Origin: Candidatus Obscuribacteraceae bacterium
Lineage (GTDB): Bacteria; Cyanobacteriota; Vampirovibrionia; Obscuribacterales; Obscuribacteraceae
DNA length: 64,000 bases
Reading direction: 5' to 3'
Assembly: GCA_044226015.1 (NCBI GenBank)
Contig: JBGAHS010000001.1
Span: 1,312,001-1,376,000 of the forward strand
Shown one piece after another: positions 10,505 through 20,540 of this stretch. The notes beneath the pieces were generated by a model, which saw only the letters and a program-made list of their open reading frames with translations, was not told where the DNA came from and searched no databases. Positions within the stretch are counted from its first letter, which is position 1; each line of letters opens with the position of its first letter. The position numbers and the translations under genes were made by a program.

Positions 10505-12484
10505 CTACATTGCCAATCGAGGAGTGGCTATCCATAGCTCTTCATCTTTGCTCAGTGTGTCCAGTACATCCGCCTGAGTCTTGGGATTGCTGGCGACGGC
10601 TCTTCTAACTACTGGATTTTTGTCTTTTGACAAATTCGCAAGCACTGCTGCTGGACAATTTTTGTTTTCTGCAACAGTCATGCGCACCCAGCTTTCACTG
10701 TCAGCAGAGAGCTTCTCAAGGATGCTTGCGTCCGCCTTCGTACTTCGAGCCACTGCCGTTCTCACTTCCTGGCTAGGGTCCGCCTGTAACTGCAAGAGCA
10801 AGTCGGGAGGTGATTTCGCTTTATCAACGGATTCTGCTCGAAGATCAGCGTCGTGAGATTTTGCATACTCCTGCAACAAATCAGCCGGACAGTTTGCGTG
10901 TGAGGCAATCTGTAATTTGAGAGAGTCACCAGAAATTTTGGATAGAACGCGAATTGCATCTTCCGGCAGATCCGCCCGCGATAAGAGGAGTCTTCTGAGA
11001 ACGCCATCTTTGTCATCTGAGATTGCCACAAGTGCTTCTGCGCTCGTAGAAGGGTTTTGTGCAAGCGCTATGCGTACGTTGTCGCTATCATCTTTGCTCA
11101 AAATTGCGAAGGTGGCTGCGTCGATTCCTTTGTTTTCAGCTAGATGTTGACGGACTCGTTCCACTGAATCTTTTGTCAATACAGAAATTATGCTGCCTGG
11201 AACCTTCTCGTTGCGTGCCAGTTCTCCTCTAACTACCGACGAACTGTCCTTTACCAAAATGCTAGCGGAATTGGAGCGGATTTTAGGGTTGCTAGCTAAC
11301 AAGCGTCTCACCAGTGGTGAAGTGCTGTTTGCAATTTTTTCTTCCAGCTCTGGGCTCAAGTCTGCACGAGACGCAAGCCCTTGTAAAACAGCCAGAACCT
11401 TATCATTTACCAGGCTTGAAGCTGTCTTCGCGTCCAAGCTCGGATTTAGTGAGACTGCGGTGCGTACCAGAGGATCTTTGTCTGCGGCTAAAATTGTGAG
11501 AGTCTCCACAGAAGTGCTCTTGTTGTGAGCCACTGCTTCCCTGACGCCAGGATTTGAGTCCTTCGCCAGCAGCTGTAGCACTGTCAGTGGTGCGCCAGGG
11601 TTCACTGCGAGGTCCATCCGGACCTCATAATCGGAGTCTTTGTCCAGCTTGTCGAACACCTCTTTGGGAGTCGCTTTGTTACAGGCAATTGCTTGTCTGA
11701 CAATGAGATTATTGTCCGCGGACAAATTAATCAGTGCTTGTGATGGAGTATTTGGGTTTGCTGCACAAAATGCCTTAACACCCAAATCACCATCGTTTGA
11801 TAGGGTCAACAAAACGTTTGAGTGAGCATTGTTTTGCTTGGCTAGGAATGTGCGCAACATTCTGTCGCCAGTTTTCGCCAGACGTTCCTGGACATCAATT
11901 GGTGTGTTGGGATTGCGTGCCAGTGCAAGTAAAAGATATTCAGTTATCACAGGACTGACCACCAACTTTCGCAGTAGGTCCGCTGGCGTTTTGCGGTGCG
12001 ACGCTAAGAGTTCGTATGTTGAAGGGGGCTGTCCGCTCGTCAATTTCTCAAGAATTTCGCGAGAGGGGAAATTAGGTCCTCGAAGGAGTGCTTCTCTTAC
12101 GCGCTCGTCTTCATCGTTTACTAGCTGAGCCTGCAGAGCGGTGGAACAAGATGGATTTGCGATGACAGCCATCTTTACCAGCGCTGATTCATCTTTGGCG
12201 AGATTCTGCAGTGTTGAGGAGGACGTTGACGGATTTTGTGCAACCGCCATTTTGATGTGCTGTGCTGGAATCGTTATTCCGGCTGGAAGCAAGGATTGTC
12301 GGGCAGTGCTTTGCAGCGGATTATCAGCAGTCTGAGAGCCCTGTTCCGCTTGACTGATGAGGACATGGTCCACATTTCGGGATGCGTTTGCGTTTAGTTC
12401 TGTTGCAGCAAGTGTTTGACCTTGCGTCGTTGCCATAAAGCTGAACGATAAGGCAATCAACAGTTTTGCCCTGTCCGTGGACAT
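10505..12484 (-). CDS. Leucine-rich-repeat-variant (LRV)/HEAT repeat protein with signal peptide
   Basis: More than 20 repeats of about 24 aa (VRxAxAxNPxxPxxxLxxLxxD); ATG 12484 preceded by GAGGAGG; hydrophobic N-terminus. Confidence 0.8.
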   Translation of the reverse strand: MSTDRAKLLIALSFSFMATTQGQTLAATELNANASRNVDHVLISQAEQGSQTADNPLQSTARQSLLPAGITIPAQHIKMAVAQNPSTSSSTLQNLAKDESALVKMAVIANPSCSTALQAQLVNDEDERVREALLRGPNFPSREILEKLTSGQPPSTYELLASHRKTPADLLRKLVVSPVITEYLLLALARNPNTPIDVQERLAKTGDRMLRTFLAKQNNAHSNVLLTLSNDGDLGVKAFCAANPNTPSQALINLSADNNLIVRQAIACNKATPKEVFDKLDKDSDYEVRMDLAVNPGAPLTVLQLLAKDSNPGVREAVAHNKSTSVETLTILAADKDPLVRTAVSLNPSLDAKTASSLVNDKVLAVLQGLASRADLSPELEEKIANSTSPLVRRLLASNPKIRSNSASILVKDSSSVVRGELARNEKVPGSIISVLTKDSVERVRQHLAENKGIDAATFAILSKDDSDNVRIALAQNPSTSAEALVAISDDKDGVLRRLLLSRADLPEDAIRVLSKISGDSLKLQIASHANCPADLLQEYAKSHDADLRAESVDKAKSPPDLLLQLQADPSQEVRTAVARSTKADASILEKLSADSESWVRMTVAENKNCPAAVLANLSKDKNPVVRRAVASNPKTQADVLDTLSKDEELWIATPRLAM

Positions 12485-12613
12485 TTCGAGCCTCCTCAAT
12501 CTGAGCTGCGGTAGGCTGCTAATTATAGACTAGTACAGCGTTTTCCATATTATTGATGGCTGTTTACAACGCTCTGCCTTGCTCGATTTTCAAGAAGCTT
12601 TAAGCTCTTGCAA

Positions 12614-15067
12614 CTACTGCCTTTCTGGCTTTTTGGACGGCGGCATTTTGTTTTGTGTATTTTGATTAGAGTTGTTTGGCTTTTGTGGAAGGGGAGGCAT
12701 TTTTGGAGGTCTTGGCATGGATGGTTCGCTAGGAGCTGCCGGACTTGGCACCGTATTCGGTGGCGGTTGAGTTTCTCCGGCGCCTGGCTTCTTCGGAGGC
12801 GAGTTGTGATTAGCGGTTGATTTAGTGGTCGGCATGCTGCGGTTTAAGCTTGAAGCTTCAGACTGCATACTTGCTGATGGTAAATTTTGATTTGCGCTTT
12901 GTGGCTTAACTGGGGGCATGTTTTGATTTGAACTTGCAGGCTTAGCTGGGGGCATGTTTTGATTTGAAGTCGCTGGACTTAATGCATGTATGTTTCGATG
13001 CGAATTTTTCGGGCTCGCTTCAGGCGTGTTCTGATTTGAATTTGCAGAATTGGAATTGACTGAAGGTAGATTCTGGCTAGAACTGCTTCCATTGTTCATT
13101 CTGGGCAGCTGTGGGCTATGTCTGCTTTCGGTTGCTTTGATCGCTTTCAAGCCCGTGTTCGAATCATTTGGAGCGAGCGGAATTTCTGAATGCGAATCGC
13201 TAGGAAAGCGATAATGCCGCCCGATAAGTTGCTTCAGTTCTGAAAGCTCTAGCTCTTGTGCTGCATGCTCAACATACTTTGCTTGCCAACCGTCGAGCGC
13301 TTTTCCGAGATTTGAAAGTGATAAAGCTGAAGCTTTAGCTGCGGCGAGGTTCACTCCGACCTCGCAGTGGTTAAGCGTAAGGGCCCGTGAGATAGCCGAG
13401 TAGCCCTGGCTTTCTCTTAGCGCGATTTTCAACAAAGCTTCGGAATGTTCTGAGCCTATGCGCGAACTGACTATAGATATGATCTTGCGAAAGTTTGCTA
13501 GCGGTTGAGACAGGTCTTGAGATACGACTCGCATTAACTCGTAATGTATTAATCTAGAAATAGCAAATGCGACCTGGCATGATGTAACGTTTCCGATCTG
13601 TCTGATGATATCAGATACGGTGCTCAGCCCATCTGCGGCGCGCCACACAGACCGCATCGCCTCCATTTCATCGGGACTTAATTCATATGCTTCCTGAGGG
13701 TCGGACAGTGTCTGTGCCAGCAGCCCCTGTCTATCGGGAAGTTTCTCCAGTACGCTCTTATCTCTTAGAGCCATTTTTTTCCAAACAGACTCGATGTTGT
13801 CGCTTGCTAGAGCTGAATCTAGCAGTAATTTGTCGAGCGGTCGGGTTATTTTGCAATCTTCAGTTGAAATATCGGGAGGCGCTGGACGTTCCATGTAAAC
13901 AAAAACGCCTTCTTTCCATACAGAAACAAACTCTGTGACGGCGTTGTTTGCCCGAAGTTTATTTAGCTTGGCGAATGTTAATCGTCCCTGGTCGAAAACA
14001 GCTTTAAATGACTGATCTTTGTAATCAACGACAACCACCCCACTAGCTCTGTTGCTGGCAAGGTTTTGCAATACGCCTGCAGCGTCTGTGGTTCCAAGAT
14101 TACCTATAAGGGACTGTACGTGTCCTTCGTCATACTCGACTCTGACTTTTTCATTTTCTGTGTCTCGAATTTGCCCAAAGAATGATAGGTCTTGCAACGC
14201 TAACTCAAGCTGTCTTGCGCTCATGAATCCCTTTGCTACAGCCATAGAGCCTATTGACAGACGAGTCTTTTTCGTCTGCAGCATTGCGCTTTGCACTTCG
14301 TCTAATTGATCGCGCGTTAGCAATTGAGATTCGATCAAGTAATCTTTCAACTTGAACTGCCTTCCGTTTTGGAAGTTCTGAACTAGAAAAGGAATCTTCG
14401 CAAATATGGGGTAGATGGCTCGCATCTTTTCCAATTTCTTCAGCTCTTTCTGCAGTGACTCGAAGTCATATTCAGAAACAAATCGTTGCGCCAGTGTATG
14501 GAGGGGCGTGTAATTGTCGATTGCCAGAAGCACAGCCTTATTGTGATTGCGTTTTTCAGAACCTGTCTTGAGCTTGATACCGTATGTGGTTAGAACTGGA
14601 ATTGACGTGAGTAATATTTGCTCTGCTAAATTTGTGCTTTCTCTGCGGACCTCAATTGATTGACCCATGGCTTGTTGAATACTTTTAGCAATCAAGCTGG
14701 AGTAGTCATAGACTGCGGAAAAAGATTCAAAGACATGAAATGATAAGAACCCCGTTTGCTTCTCTTTTATAAACGCGGCGGCTCTGTCCTTCGTAATGAA
14801 AACGAGTGCTCCTTGAACTGCCAGGAAAATTTTTGCGAAAGCGGATGCGTTTACCAGAAACTCTGCGGGGAAAAGCAGCCCGGACTCAATTGTTTTCACT
14901 ATGACAATGTCAAAGAGTCTTCTTGATTGCGTTAGTGCCTCGAGTTCTTCCAAGGTTCGAGGACCGAACTGCATAACCGCAATGTTCTCATCGGAGACCG
15001 CCCGTAGACGCATGGTTATGTCGTCTACATCGCATGAATCAAGCCAGCTTCCGGGATCATTTGACAT
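12614..15067 (-). CDS. DUF4388 (PatA-N-like) domain protein with degenerate MshEN-like segment and Pro/Asn-rich tail
   Basis: GNLGTTDAAGVLQNLASNRASGVVVV...FDQGRLTFA (DUF4388-like); KLKDYLIESQLLTRDQL...IGSMAVAKGFMSARQLELAL. Confidence 0.65.
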   Translation of the reverse strand: MSNDPGSWLDSCDVDDITMRLRAVSDENIAVMQFGPRTLEELEALTQSRRLFDIVIVKTIESGLLFPAEFLVNASAFAKIFLAVQGALVFITKDRAAAFIKEKQTGFLSFHVFESFSAVYDYSSLIAKSIQQAMGQSIEVRRESTNLAEQILLTSIPVLTTYGIKLKTGSEKRNHNKAVLLAIDNYTPLHTLAQRFVSEYDFESLQKELKKLEKMRAIYPIFAKIPFLVQNFQNGRQFKLKDYLIESQLLTRDQLDEVQSAMLQTKKTRLSIGSMAVAKGFMSARQLELALQDLSFFGQIRDTENEKVRVEYDEGHVQSLIGNLGTTDAAGVLQNLASNRASGVVVVDYKDQSFKAVFDQGRLTFAKLNKLRANNAVTEFVSVWKEGVFVYMERPAPPDISTEDCKITRPLDKLLLDSALASDNIESVWKKMALRDKSVLEKLPDRQGLLAQTLSDPQEAYELSPDEMEAMRSVWRAADGLSTVSDIIRQIGNVTSCQVAFAISRLIHYELMRVVSQDLSQPLANFRKIISIVSSRIGSEHSEALLKIALRESQGYSAISRALTLNHCEVGVNLAAAKASALSLSNLGKALDGWQAKYVEHAAQELELSELKQLIGRHYRFPSDSHSEIPLAPNDSNTGLKAIKATESRHSPQLPRMNNGSSSSQNLPSVNSNSANSNQNTPEASPKNSHRNIHALSPATSNQNMPPAKPASSNQNMPPVKPQSANQNLPSASMQSEASSLNRSMPTTKSTANHNSPPKKPGAGETQPPPNTVPSPAAPSEPSMPRPPKMPPLPQKPNNSNQNTQNKMPPSKKPERQ

Positions 15068-15330
15068 GCAAAAAAAATCTCTGAGACTTATGATGAAGTT
15101 ATTCCCGATATCTCATTTCTGTCGCTGAGTTTTCCGACATCCCTCTCTAATATTTGTTAATGCTGAGGCCGGCTTTCGGAATCTCTTCGTAGCGTTGGGG
15201 TTGGGGGATTCGCTATGTTTGCCCAACTGGGCCAGACATTCTTAATTATCAGCAGTTCGCTTGGGCTGGGTATATTTACTAGCATTGATTGGTTCTATAA
15301 TCTAAACGTCAGTCCCCCCTTAAAGTAGTC

Positions 15331-16023
15331 ATGGCAAAGATTCTCCTCGTTGAAGATGATAAAACCATCGGCAAGTTGGTTGCTCTCCAGCTTGAAAGAG
15401 AGCATCATCTCGTAGAACGTGTTGATACGGGGAAGGACGCGCTATTTAATCTTCGCGTTCATGATTTTGACCTTGTAATTCTTGACTGGATGTTGCCTGA
15501 TCTGAGCGGCTTGGAAGTATGCAAGGGATATCGTGATGGTGGCGGAAAGAGTCCTATCCTCATGTTGACTGCCCGAGGGGAAGCCCAGGATAAAGTCAGT
15601 GCGCTTGACACTGGCGCTGATGACTACCTTGTGAAACCTTTTGTGCCAGAAGAACTTCTGGCTCGTGTCAGAGCTCTATTACGTCGTCCCAACTTGATGA
15701 CTGGCAAGCAAATTTCTGTGCAGGACATTGTCCTAGACACAGCCAGCCGCCAAATAACTCGCTCTGGCAATCATGTTGAATTAACGGCAAAGGAATTTGC
15801 GCTTTTAGAATTGTTGATGAGGCATCCTAACCAGAGTTTCAGTGTGGAAGCTATTCTTGATAGGCTCTGGAAGTCAGAGACAACTGCATCGTTGGAAACA
15901 GTTCGTACACATGTCAAAACCTTGAGACGCAAGTTGGGCGATAGCGAAGAGAGCCCAATTATCAGAACTAAGCGAGGACTGGGATATCGCATAGTCAGCG
16001 ATGAGGCAAATGCCAGGGATTAA
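15331..16023 (+). CDS. OmpR/PhoB-family response regulator
   Basis: REC (LLVEDD, LDWMLP, DDYLVKPF) plus wHTH (LTAKEFALLELLM, RTKRGLGY). Confidence 0.95.
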   Translation: MAKILLVEDDKTIGKLVALQLEREHHLVERVDTGKDALFNLRVHDFDLVILDWMLPDLSGLEVCKGYRDGGGKSPILMLTARGEAQDKVSALDTGADDYLVKPFVPEELLARVRALLRRPNLMTGKQISVQDIVLDTASRQITRSGNHVELTAKEFALLELLMRHPNQSFSVEAILDRLWKSETTASLETVRTHVKTLRRKLGDSEESPIIRTKRGLGYRIVSDEANARD

Positions 16024-16859
16024 GGCGTTCTGTTACGAACTTCTCTAGCTTCGGTTTCTGCCGCATCGGCATCGCCACTGCGATTCTGACTCTTGTAAAA
16101 CGCCGCGAGATTGTTAAGTGCTTCTGAGAGTTCTTGAGAGTTGCCTTTGTGCTTGCGCACTGTGTTTACGTAAGTTTTGAACATTGATTCTGCTTCAACG
16201 ACATTGCCTTCCTTATATAACACCTGAGCGAGGCTTCTTTGACTTTCCGCAAGCACGCTTGATGAATCTGGACTGTAGCTGAGCAGGTTGCCAGCATTGG
16301 CGCCACCGTTTTCGTTTATCTGAACGACCCGTTTCAAAATTCGCTCAGCATCGGAATATCGACCCTGCCTGGTGTACAAGGTGGCAAGACTGCTGAGTGT
16401 GTTGGAGACTTCAATTGAGCCAGGCAAGCTCGTCGGATTTTGCAAAACGTTTGAAACAAACGTCCTGGTATTCAAAAATTCGCCGTTGGAGTCACTTAGG
16501 GCGCCGGAGTATCCGCTGGTGATTATGAGTGAGCGAATGAGGAAGTGCTCGGCGTCGCTGAGTCTGTTGTTATTCATATAAAACGTGCCAAGCAGGCGCG
16601 CCGTCTTTCCGGAGACGGAGGACATAGCTCCTGCGCCTCGGACAGATAAGGTTAATGCCTGATTCAGCTTAGTTTCTGCTGTTGAGATATCGCCTTCGCC
16701 GTTAGCCTTTTGTGATTCTTCAATCAGGTTGTTAACGTCGGAGATTGTGTCAGCAAGCGAGGCTGGTGGAACTGTTAGCATGATAATTAGCAAGCCCACT
16801 GCAAAAAAGCAGGACTTAGTCCATGAGCGCCCGGTGAAGTTGTTTGCCAGTCCAAGCAT
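16020..16859 (-). CDS. Secreted TPR protein
   Basis: Signal peptide; TPR_12-like repeats (TLSSLATLYTRQGRYSDAE, ALNNLAAFYKSQNR). Confidence 0.8.
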   Translation of the reverse strand: MLGLANNFTGRSWTKSCFFAVGLLIIMLTVPPASLADTISDVNNLIEESQKANGEGDISTAETKLNQALTLSVRGAGAMSSVSGKTARLLGTFYMNNNRLSDAEHFLIRSLIITSGYSGALSDSNGEFLNTRTFVSNVLQNPTSLPGSIEVSNTLSSLATLYTRQGRYSDAERILKRVVQINENGGANAGNLLSYSPDSSSVLAESQRSLAQVLYKEGNVVEAESMFKTYVNTVRKHKGNSQELSEALNNLAAFYKSQNRSGDADAAETEAREVRNRTP

Positions 16860-19659
16860 GTTTTTCCAGTTTTGAATCGAGCTCTTTGAAGATGGGCAGT
16901 TCCAATTCGCTCAATCTATGAGTCTCGCTTTTATTATAGAGGAGTCTTCTCAGTCTCTGGTTGCAAACTATAACAATCTTGTTAGGAGCATTTTGTCTGC
17001 ATAAGAACTGAGGGGAGTTAGCGAAGAGTTTCTGCTGTGTTTTGTTGAGTTTGGTAGAAAGGTAGTTGCTGAGTGAGGTTTCTAATTCAGTTTCCAGCCA
17101 GTTTTGTAGAGCTTCTCTCATTTCGGGAAAAGGGCGTTCAAGTTCGAGTTCTTTAATCGCATTTTCCTGCTGGCGAAGAAATTCTCTAATCACAAGTTCA
17201 GCAAATTCTCTTTTGTTTTGAACGAAAAGCCTTGTTTTTTGTTTTGCGCTTTGTTTCTCGATGATAAGGCTTTCCAAAATGGAAAATTCACTAGCAGAGC
17301 ATTGGAAGCTCTCTTTTATAGAATTCAAAATAAGAGCGTCAAGCTGCTGCTCAAGGCTTTCCAATTGGCTTGCTGCTTTGTTCTGTTCTCTGATAATTTC
17401 GTCGCAAATTTTTTCCGCGTCGTCGTTTTTGGAGAGCTGGATGATTCTTTTGTCTGCGGAGTAGTGCAGGCGAGTTTCATCAAAGAATTGAATTGTTTCT
17501 TTTGCCTGCAGCGCCTGGCCTGCGATCTTCTCTAATTCTTTTCTGCCGTCATTGCCAATTTGCAGTAAGGGAATCTGTTTGATATCGCCCACCTGGCAAT
17601 TGAAGGTAGGGTTAAGCAGTGCCATGCAAAGTCCAGCGAAACTTGAGTTTAGATAGGAGAGCATGTATGCGAGATCCGCCTGGTTCGCGAAGAAAAGGGC
17701 TGAGCCTCCGACATCGAATATTGCTCTTTCCGTCATTTTTCTAACCGCAAAAGCGCCGGTTGAGACGAATGAAAAAGTCAGTCCTTCTCTAAAATAGTAT
17801 TGTTCGTTTTTTACTACCCAGGACGTTTTTCCTTTGAGATAGGGATAATTTGTCTCGACAGCTGCTTTAATATCGCTACCGTCTTTGCCCCAATCTACCA
17901 CTGTTTGGCAGGCGGCCTGCCATCTTTCGCTGCCGGCACCTTTAATGTAGGGATGCCAGCGAACACTAATTTCTTCAGGCAAGACGTCCCACCAAAATCT
18001 GACAAAACGGTCATTATCACTGGTGGCTAGTCCTTGTTTGACCTCTGCTATTTCGCCAAGCTTTGCGGCATCATTCATGATGCGCTGGAGGATTGATGGA
18101 CATTTGTAGTTAAAGGCGTAGGCGCGATTTTCAGAGAGCGTTTCATAACTTAGGGTTTGGAATTTCTGTTCTGAATTATCGTCACAAGCGAGTTGCAGTG
18201 CCTGCTGTTTGTCGCTGCATTTACTGATGTCTAGAAACTCTGCCGAGCTTCTGTCTGATGAATTAAGAGAGTCAGTTTCGTCTGGCTCATTTGGTTTTCG
18301 TGCGGATTTTGCAGGTGTTGATTTGCTCGTTTTCGCGTCGGCGATTTGTGCTTTGGCTTCGAGCTGGGGCGCCGCCTGGGGAGCTGCCTGGGGAGCCGCA
18401 GTTTGCTCAAGCACAATCAGCATGCTATTTATTTTCTCTCCTGCCACGAGTGGAAATACACCAGTGCCTAATTCCACTACGGAGAGTAAGTGGTTCCTGT
18501 TGAGCAATTCTTTTCTGAGTTCACCATAACTGGGAAGAAACAGTAAGGATGATTGTGTAATGAATGACACTCGCCCGGATGGCTTGCAAAGCTCGAGTGC
18601 GCGAACAAGAAATGCTGCGCTTATATCATTGTGAGCTGTTGGGTATTCTGCTTTCAAAAATTGTTTGAGTCGGCGGTCGAGTAGTCGTCTACCAATGTAT
18701 GGGGGATTGCTAATTACAGCATCATATTTTTTTGAAAGAGTGTGATTGCTATGCCATTCTCGGTTTAATGAGCCTGTTTCTACATCTGAGTGGTTCTTAC
18801 TTGCGATGGAAACATCAGTTAGATTTAGCGATAACGAGAGGAGAAACTTCTCGCCTTGCTCTTCAGTTAAATGGCTCAGAGCTTTTAGCGCCAAAGCGAA
18901 GCCGCAAACCCAAAGAGCCTGAGAATCTAAATCGCTGCCATGAATGCAATTATTCAAAATGTTGCTTGTCGAAAACTCTGGGGATAATCCTTCAAGCTGA
19001 TGCAACTCATACAAAAGATCGAATGCTGCTAGAAGGAGGTGTCCTGAGCCTGCCGCGGGGTCTATGACTCTCAAGTTCGCGGCAGGGGAGGTTTCCGACG
19101 ACAGTTCTCTCCTATATATACTTTTGAAGTTCGTTTGTTTCTCCCTTGCAAATTGCCAGCGTGGCAAGATTGAGTTTGCTGCAAGATAGGCAGCAATCCA
19201 TCGTGGTGTGTAGAGTTGCGTAAAGTGGATGAGATCTTCTTTTTCACTTTTCTTGTCTGCGCTCTGAATTCTATCAAGGGCTTTTCTTCGAGCTGATTCG
19301 CAACTGAACTGATAAAAGTAGCCCGCAAAGTTTTCGTCGAATTGATCAAGTGTTTCGGATTTCTTTCGAAGTTGCCTCGCAAGTTCATGCAAGTTCGCCT
19401 CTCTAACGTTGTGTTCCGCTGGGATTTTGCTTTTGAAGTTTTCATCCAGAGAAGCTACAAGTTTCAAAATCTGTGTAGTACTAACTTTGTTTGCAATGCC
19501 CTGCTTCTCTCGTCTGCGAATTGCTTCTGCGATCAGCAGTTCTTCAAGCGAAAACTCGCTACTGCTCTCGCTTCCGCCAGCAGACTTCTGCAAATTGAAA
19601 TAGAACTTTCGCAATGACGAGAGAAACTTTTTGGCATCGTCCAATGAAGTCGTTGGCAT
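16816..19659 (-). CDS. pglX: PglX (BREX-1)-like N6-adenine DNA methyltransferase, stand-alone
   Basis: TQLYTPRWIAAYLAANS, motif I DPAAGSGHLL, motif IV ISNPPYIG, KQGLATSDNDRFVRFWW, WHPYIKG, YFREGLTF. ATG 19659 overlaps the upstream stop as TAATG; the ORF track starts at 19707. Confidence 0.8.
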   Translation of the reverse strand: MPTTSLDDAKKFLSSLRKFYFNLQKSAGGSESSSEFSLEELLIAEAIRRREKQGIANKVSTTQILKLVASLDENFKSKIPAEHNVREANLHELARQLRKKSETLDQFDENFAGYFYQFSCESARRKALDRIQSADKKSEKEDLIHFTQLYTPRWIAAYLAANSILPRWQFAREKQTNFKSIYRRELSSETSPAANLRVIDPAAGSGHLLLAAFDLLYELHQLEGLSPEFSTSNILNNCIHGSDLDSQALWVCGFALALKALSHLTEEQGEKFLLSLSLNLTDVSIASKNHSDVETGSLNREWHSNHTLSKKYDAVISNPPYIGRRLLDRRLKQFLKAEYPTAHNDISAAFLVRALELCKPSGRVSFITQSSLLFLPSYGELRKELLNRNHLLSVVELGTGVFPLVAGEKINSMLIVLEQTAAPQAAPQAAPQLEAKAQIADAKTSKSTPAKSARKPNEPDETDSLNSSDRSSAEFLDISKCSDKQQALQLACDDNSEQKFQTLSYETLSENRAYAFNYKCPSILQRIMNDAAKLGEIAEVKQGLATSDNDRFVRFWWDVLPEEISVRWHPYIKGAGSERWQAACQTVVDWGKDGSDIKAAVETNYPYLKGKTSWVVKNEQYYFREGLTFSFVSTGAFAVRKMTERAIFDVGGSALFFANQADLAYMLSYLNSSFAGLCMALLNPTFNCQVGDIKQIPLLQIGNDGRKELEKIAGQALQAKETIQFFDETRLHYSADKRIIQLSKNDDAEKICDEIIREQNKAASQLESLEQQLDALILNSIKESFQCSASEFSILESLIIEKQSAKQKTRLFVQNKREFAELVIREFLRQQENAIKELELERPFPEMREALQNWLETELETSLSNYLSTKLNKTQQKLFANSPQFLCRQNAPNKIVIVCNQRLRRLLYNKSETHRLSELELPIFKELDSKLEKHAWTGKQLHRALMD

Positions 19660-20423
19660 TAGCTCTTCTGCGAGTTTGCTTCCATGAAGGCTAGAGTCAG
19701 TTGCCATGCGTCAGTTGCGGCTTCACGATGGTAGAACTCTCTTGTGTCATTAAAGAATGCGTGTTTTGCGTTAGGATAGATTTTGATATGCGTTTTCTTT
19801 CCGAGATCGAGCTGCTTTTTCTCTAACTCATTGATGTGCACAATTGGAATCAAATCGTCGATGCCACTGAAAAGTCCAAGGAAAGGACAATTGAGTCCGC
19901 CGGTGTAAGAAATTGGGTGGCGAGGCTTTTCTGTGGTGATGTCCTGGTAGTAAATTCGTCCGTAGTAGTCGATGGCATAAGCGAGTAGGGGTGTTCTTGC
20001 TGCAAATAAGTATGCGATAGCGCCGCCCATGCAGTAACCCAGCGTCCCGATGGCTTTGGGGTTAACTCTTGCGAATTTGCGGGCGTGGTCGAAAACTGAC
20101 TGGAGATCGCTTATCAGCTGCTCGTCAGGGATGCTTGCCCAGACGGCTCTCATCGCTGCCAGATCGTTACGGTCGTAAGGCAAATTTGGATGGTATGCAA
20201 AAAGGTCGGGTGCAAAAACTATGTAGCCTTCCTGGGCGAATCTCCTGGCAACTTCTCGGATGTGTTCATTTACGCCAAAAATCTCGTGAATGAGAATCAG
20301 TGCCGGATAGACTTTGTTGTCATCAGGAGCTGCACAATAGACTGGAAGGCTGCCCCCGCTTCTTTTAATGCTGAATTCCTCTTCGAAAAGGCCAGAATTC
20401 GAATTGGGATGGCGGTCATGCAT
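19659..20423 (-). CDS. Dienelactone hydrolase family protein
   Basis: HEIFGVNEHIREVARRFA, GYCMGG nucleophile, HAFFND. Confidence 0.92.
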   Translation of the reverse strand: MHDRHPNSNSGLFEEEFSIKRSGGSLPVYCAAPDDNKVYPALILIHEIFGVNEHIREVARRFAQEGYIVFAPDLFAYHPNLPYDRNDLAAMRAVWASIPDEQLISDLQSVFDHARKFARVNPKAIGTLGYCMGGAIAYLFAARTPLLAYAIDYYGRIYYQDITTEKPRHPISYTGGLNCPFLGLFSGIDDLIPIVHINELEKKQLDLGKKTHIKIYPNAKHAFFNDTREFYHREAATDAWQLTLAFMEANSQKS

Positions 20424-20540
20424 TGCAAATTTCCTGTGATTCTATGTTCTAAAGATGAGAAATGTCGGTTTCAAATGTGGAATAGTCTGATTGTAACCAA
20501 GCAACGATTCGGACAGGCATTTCAGGGACTGAATTATTAA

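Noticed and set aside
16816..19659. Complete BREX system
   Set aside because: Only the PglX-like gene is present; no brxC, pglZ, brxL, brxA or brxB in the window
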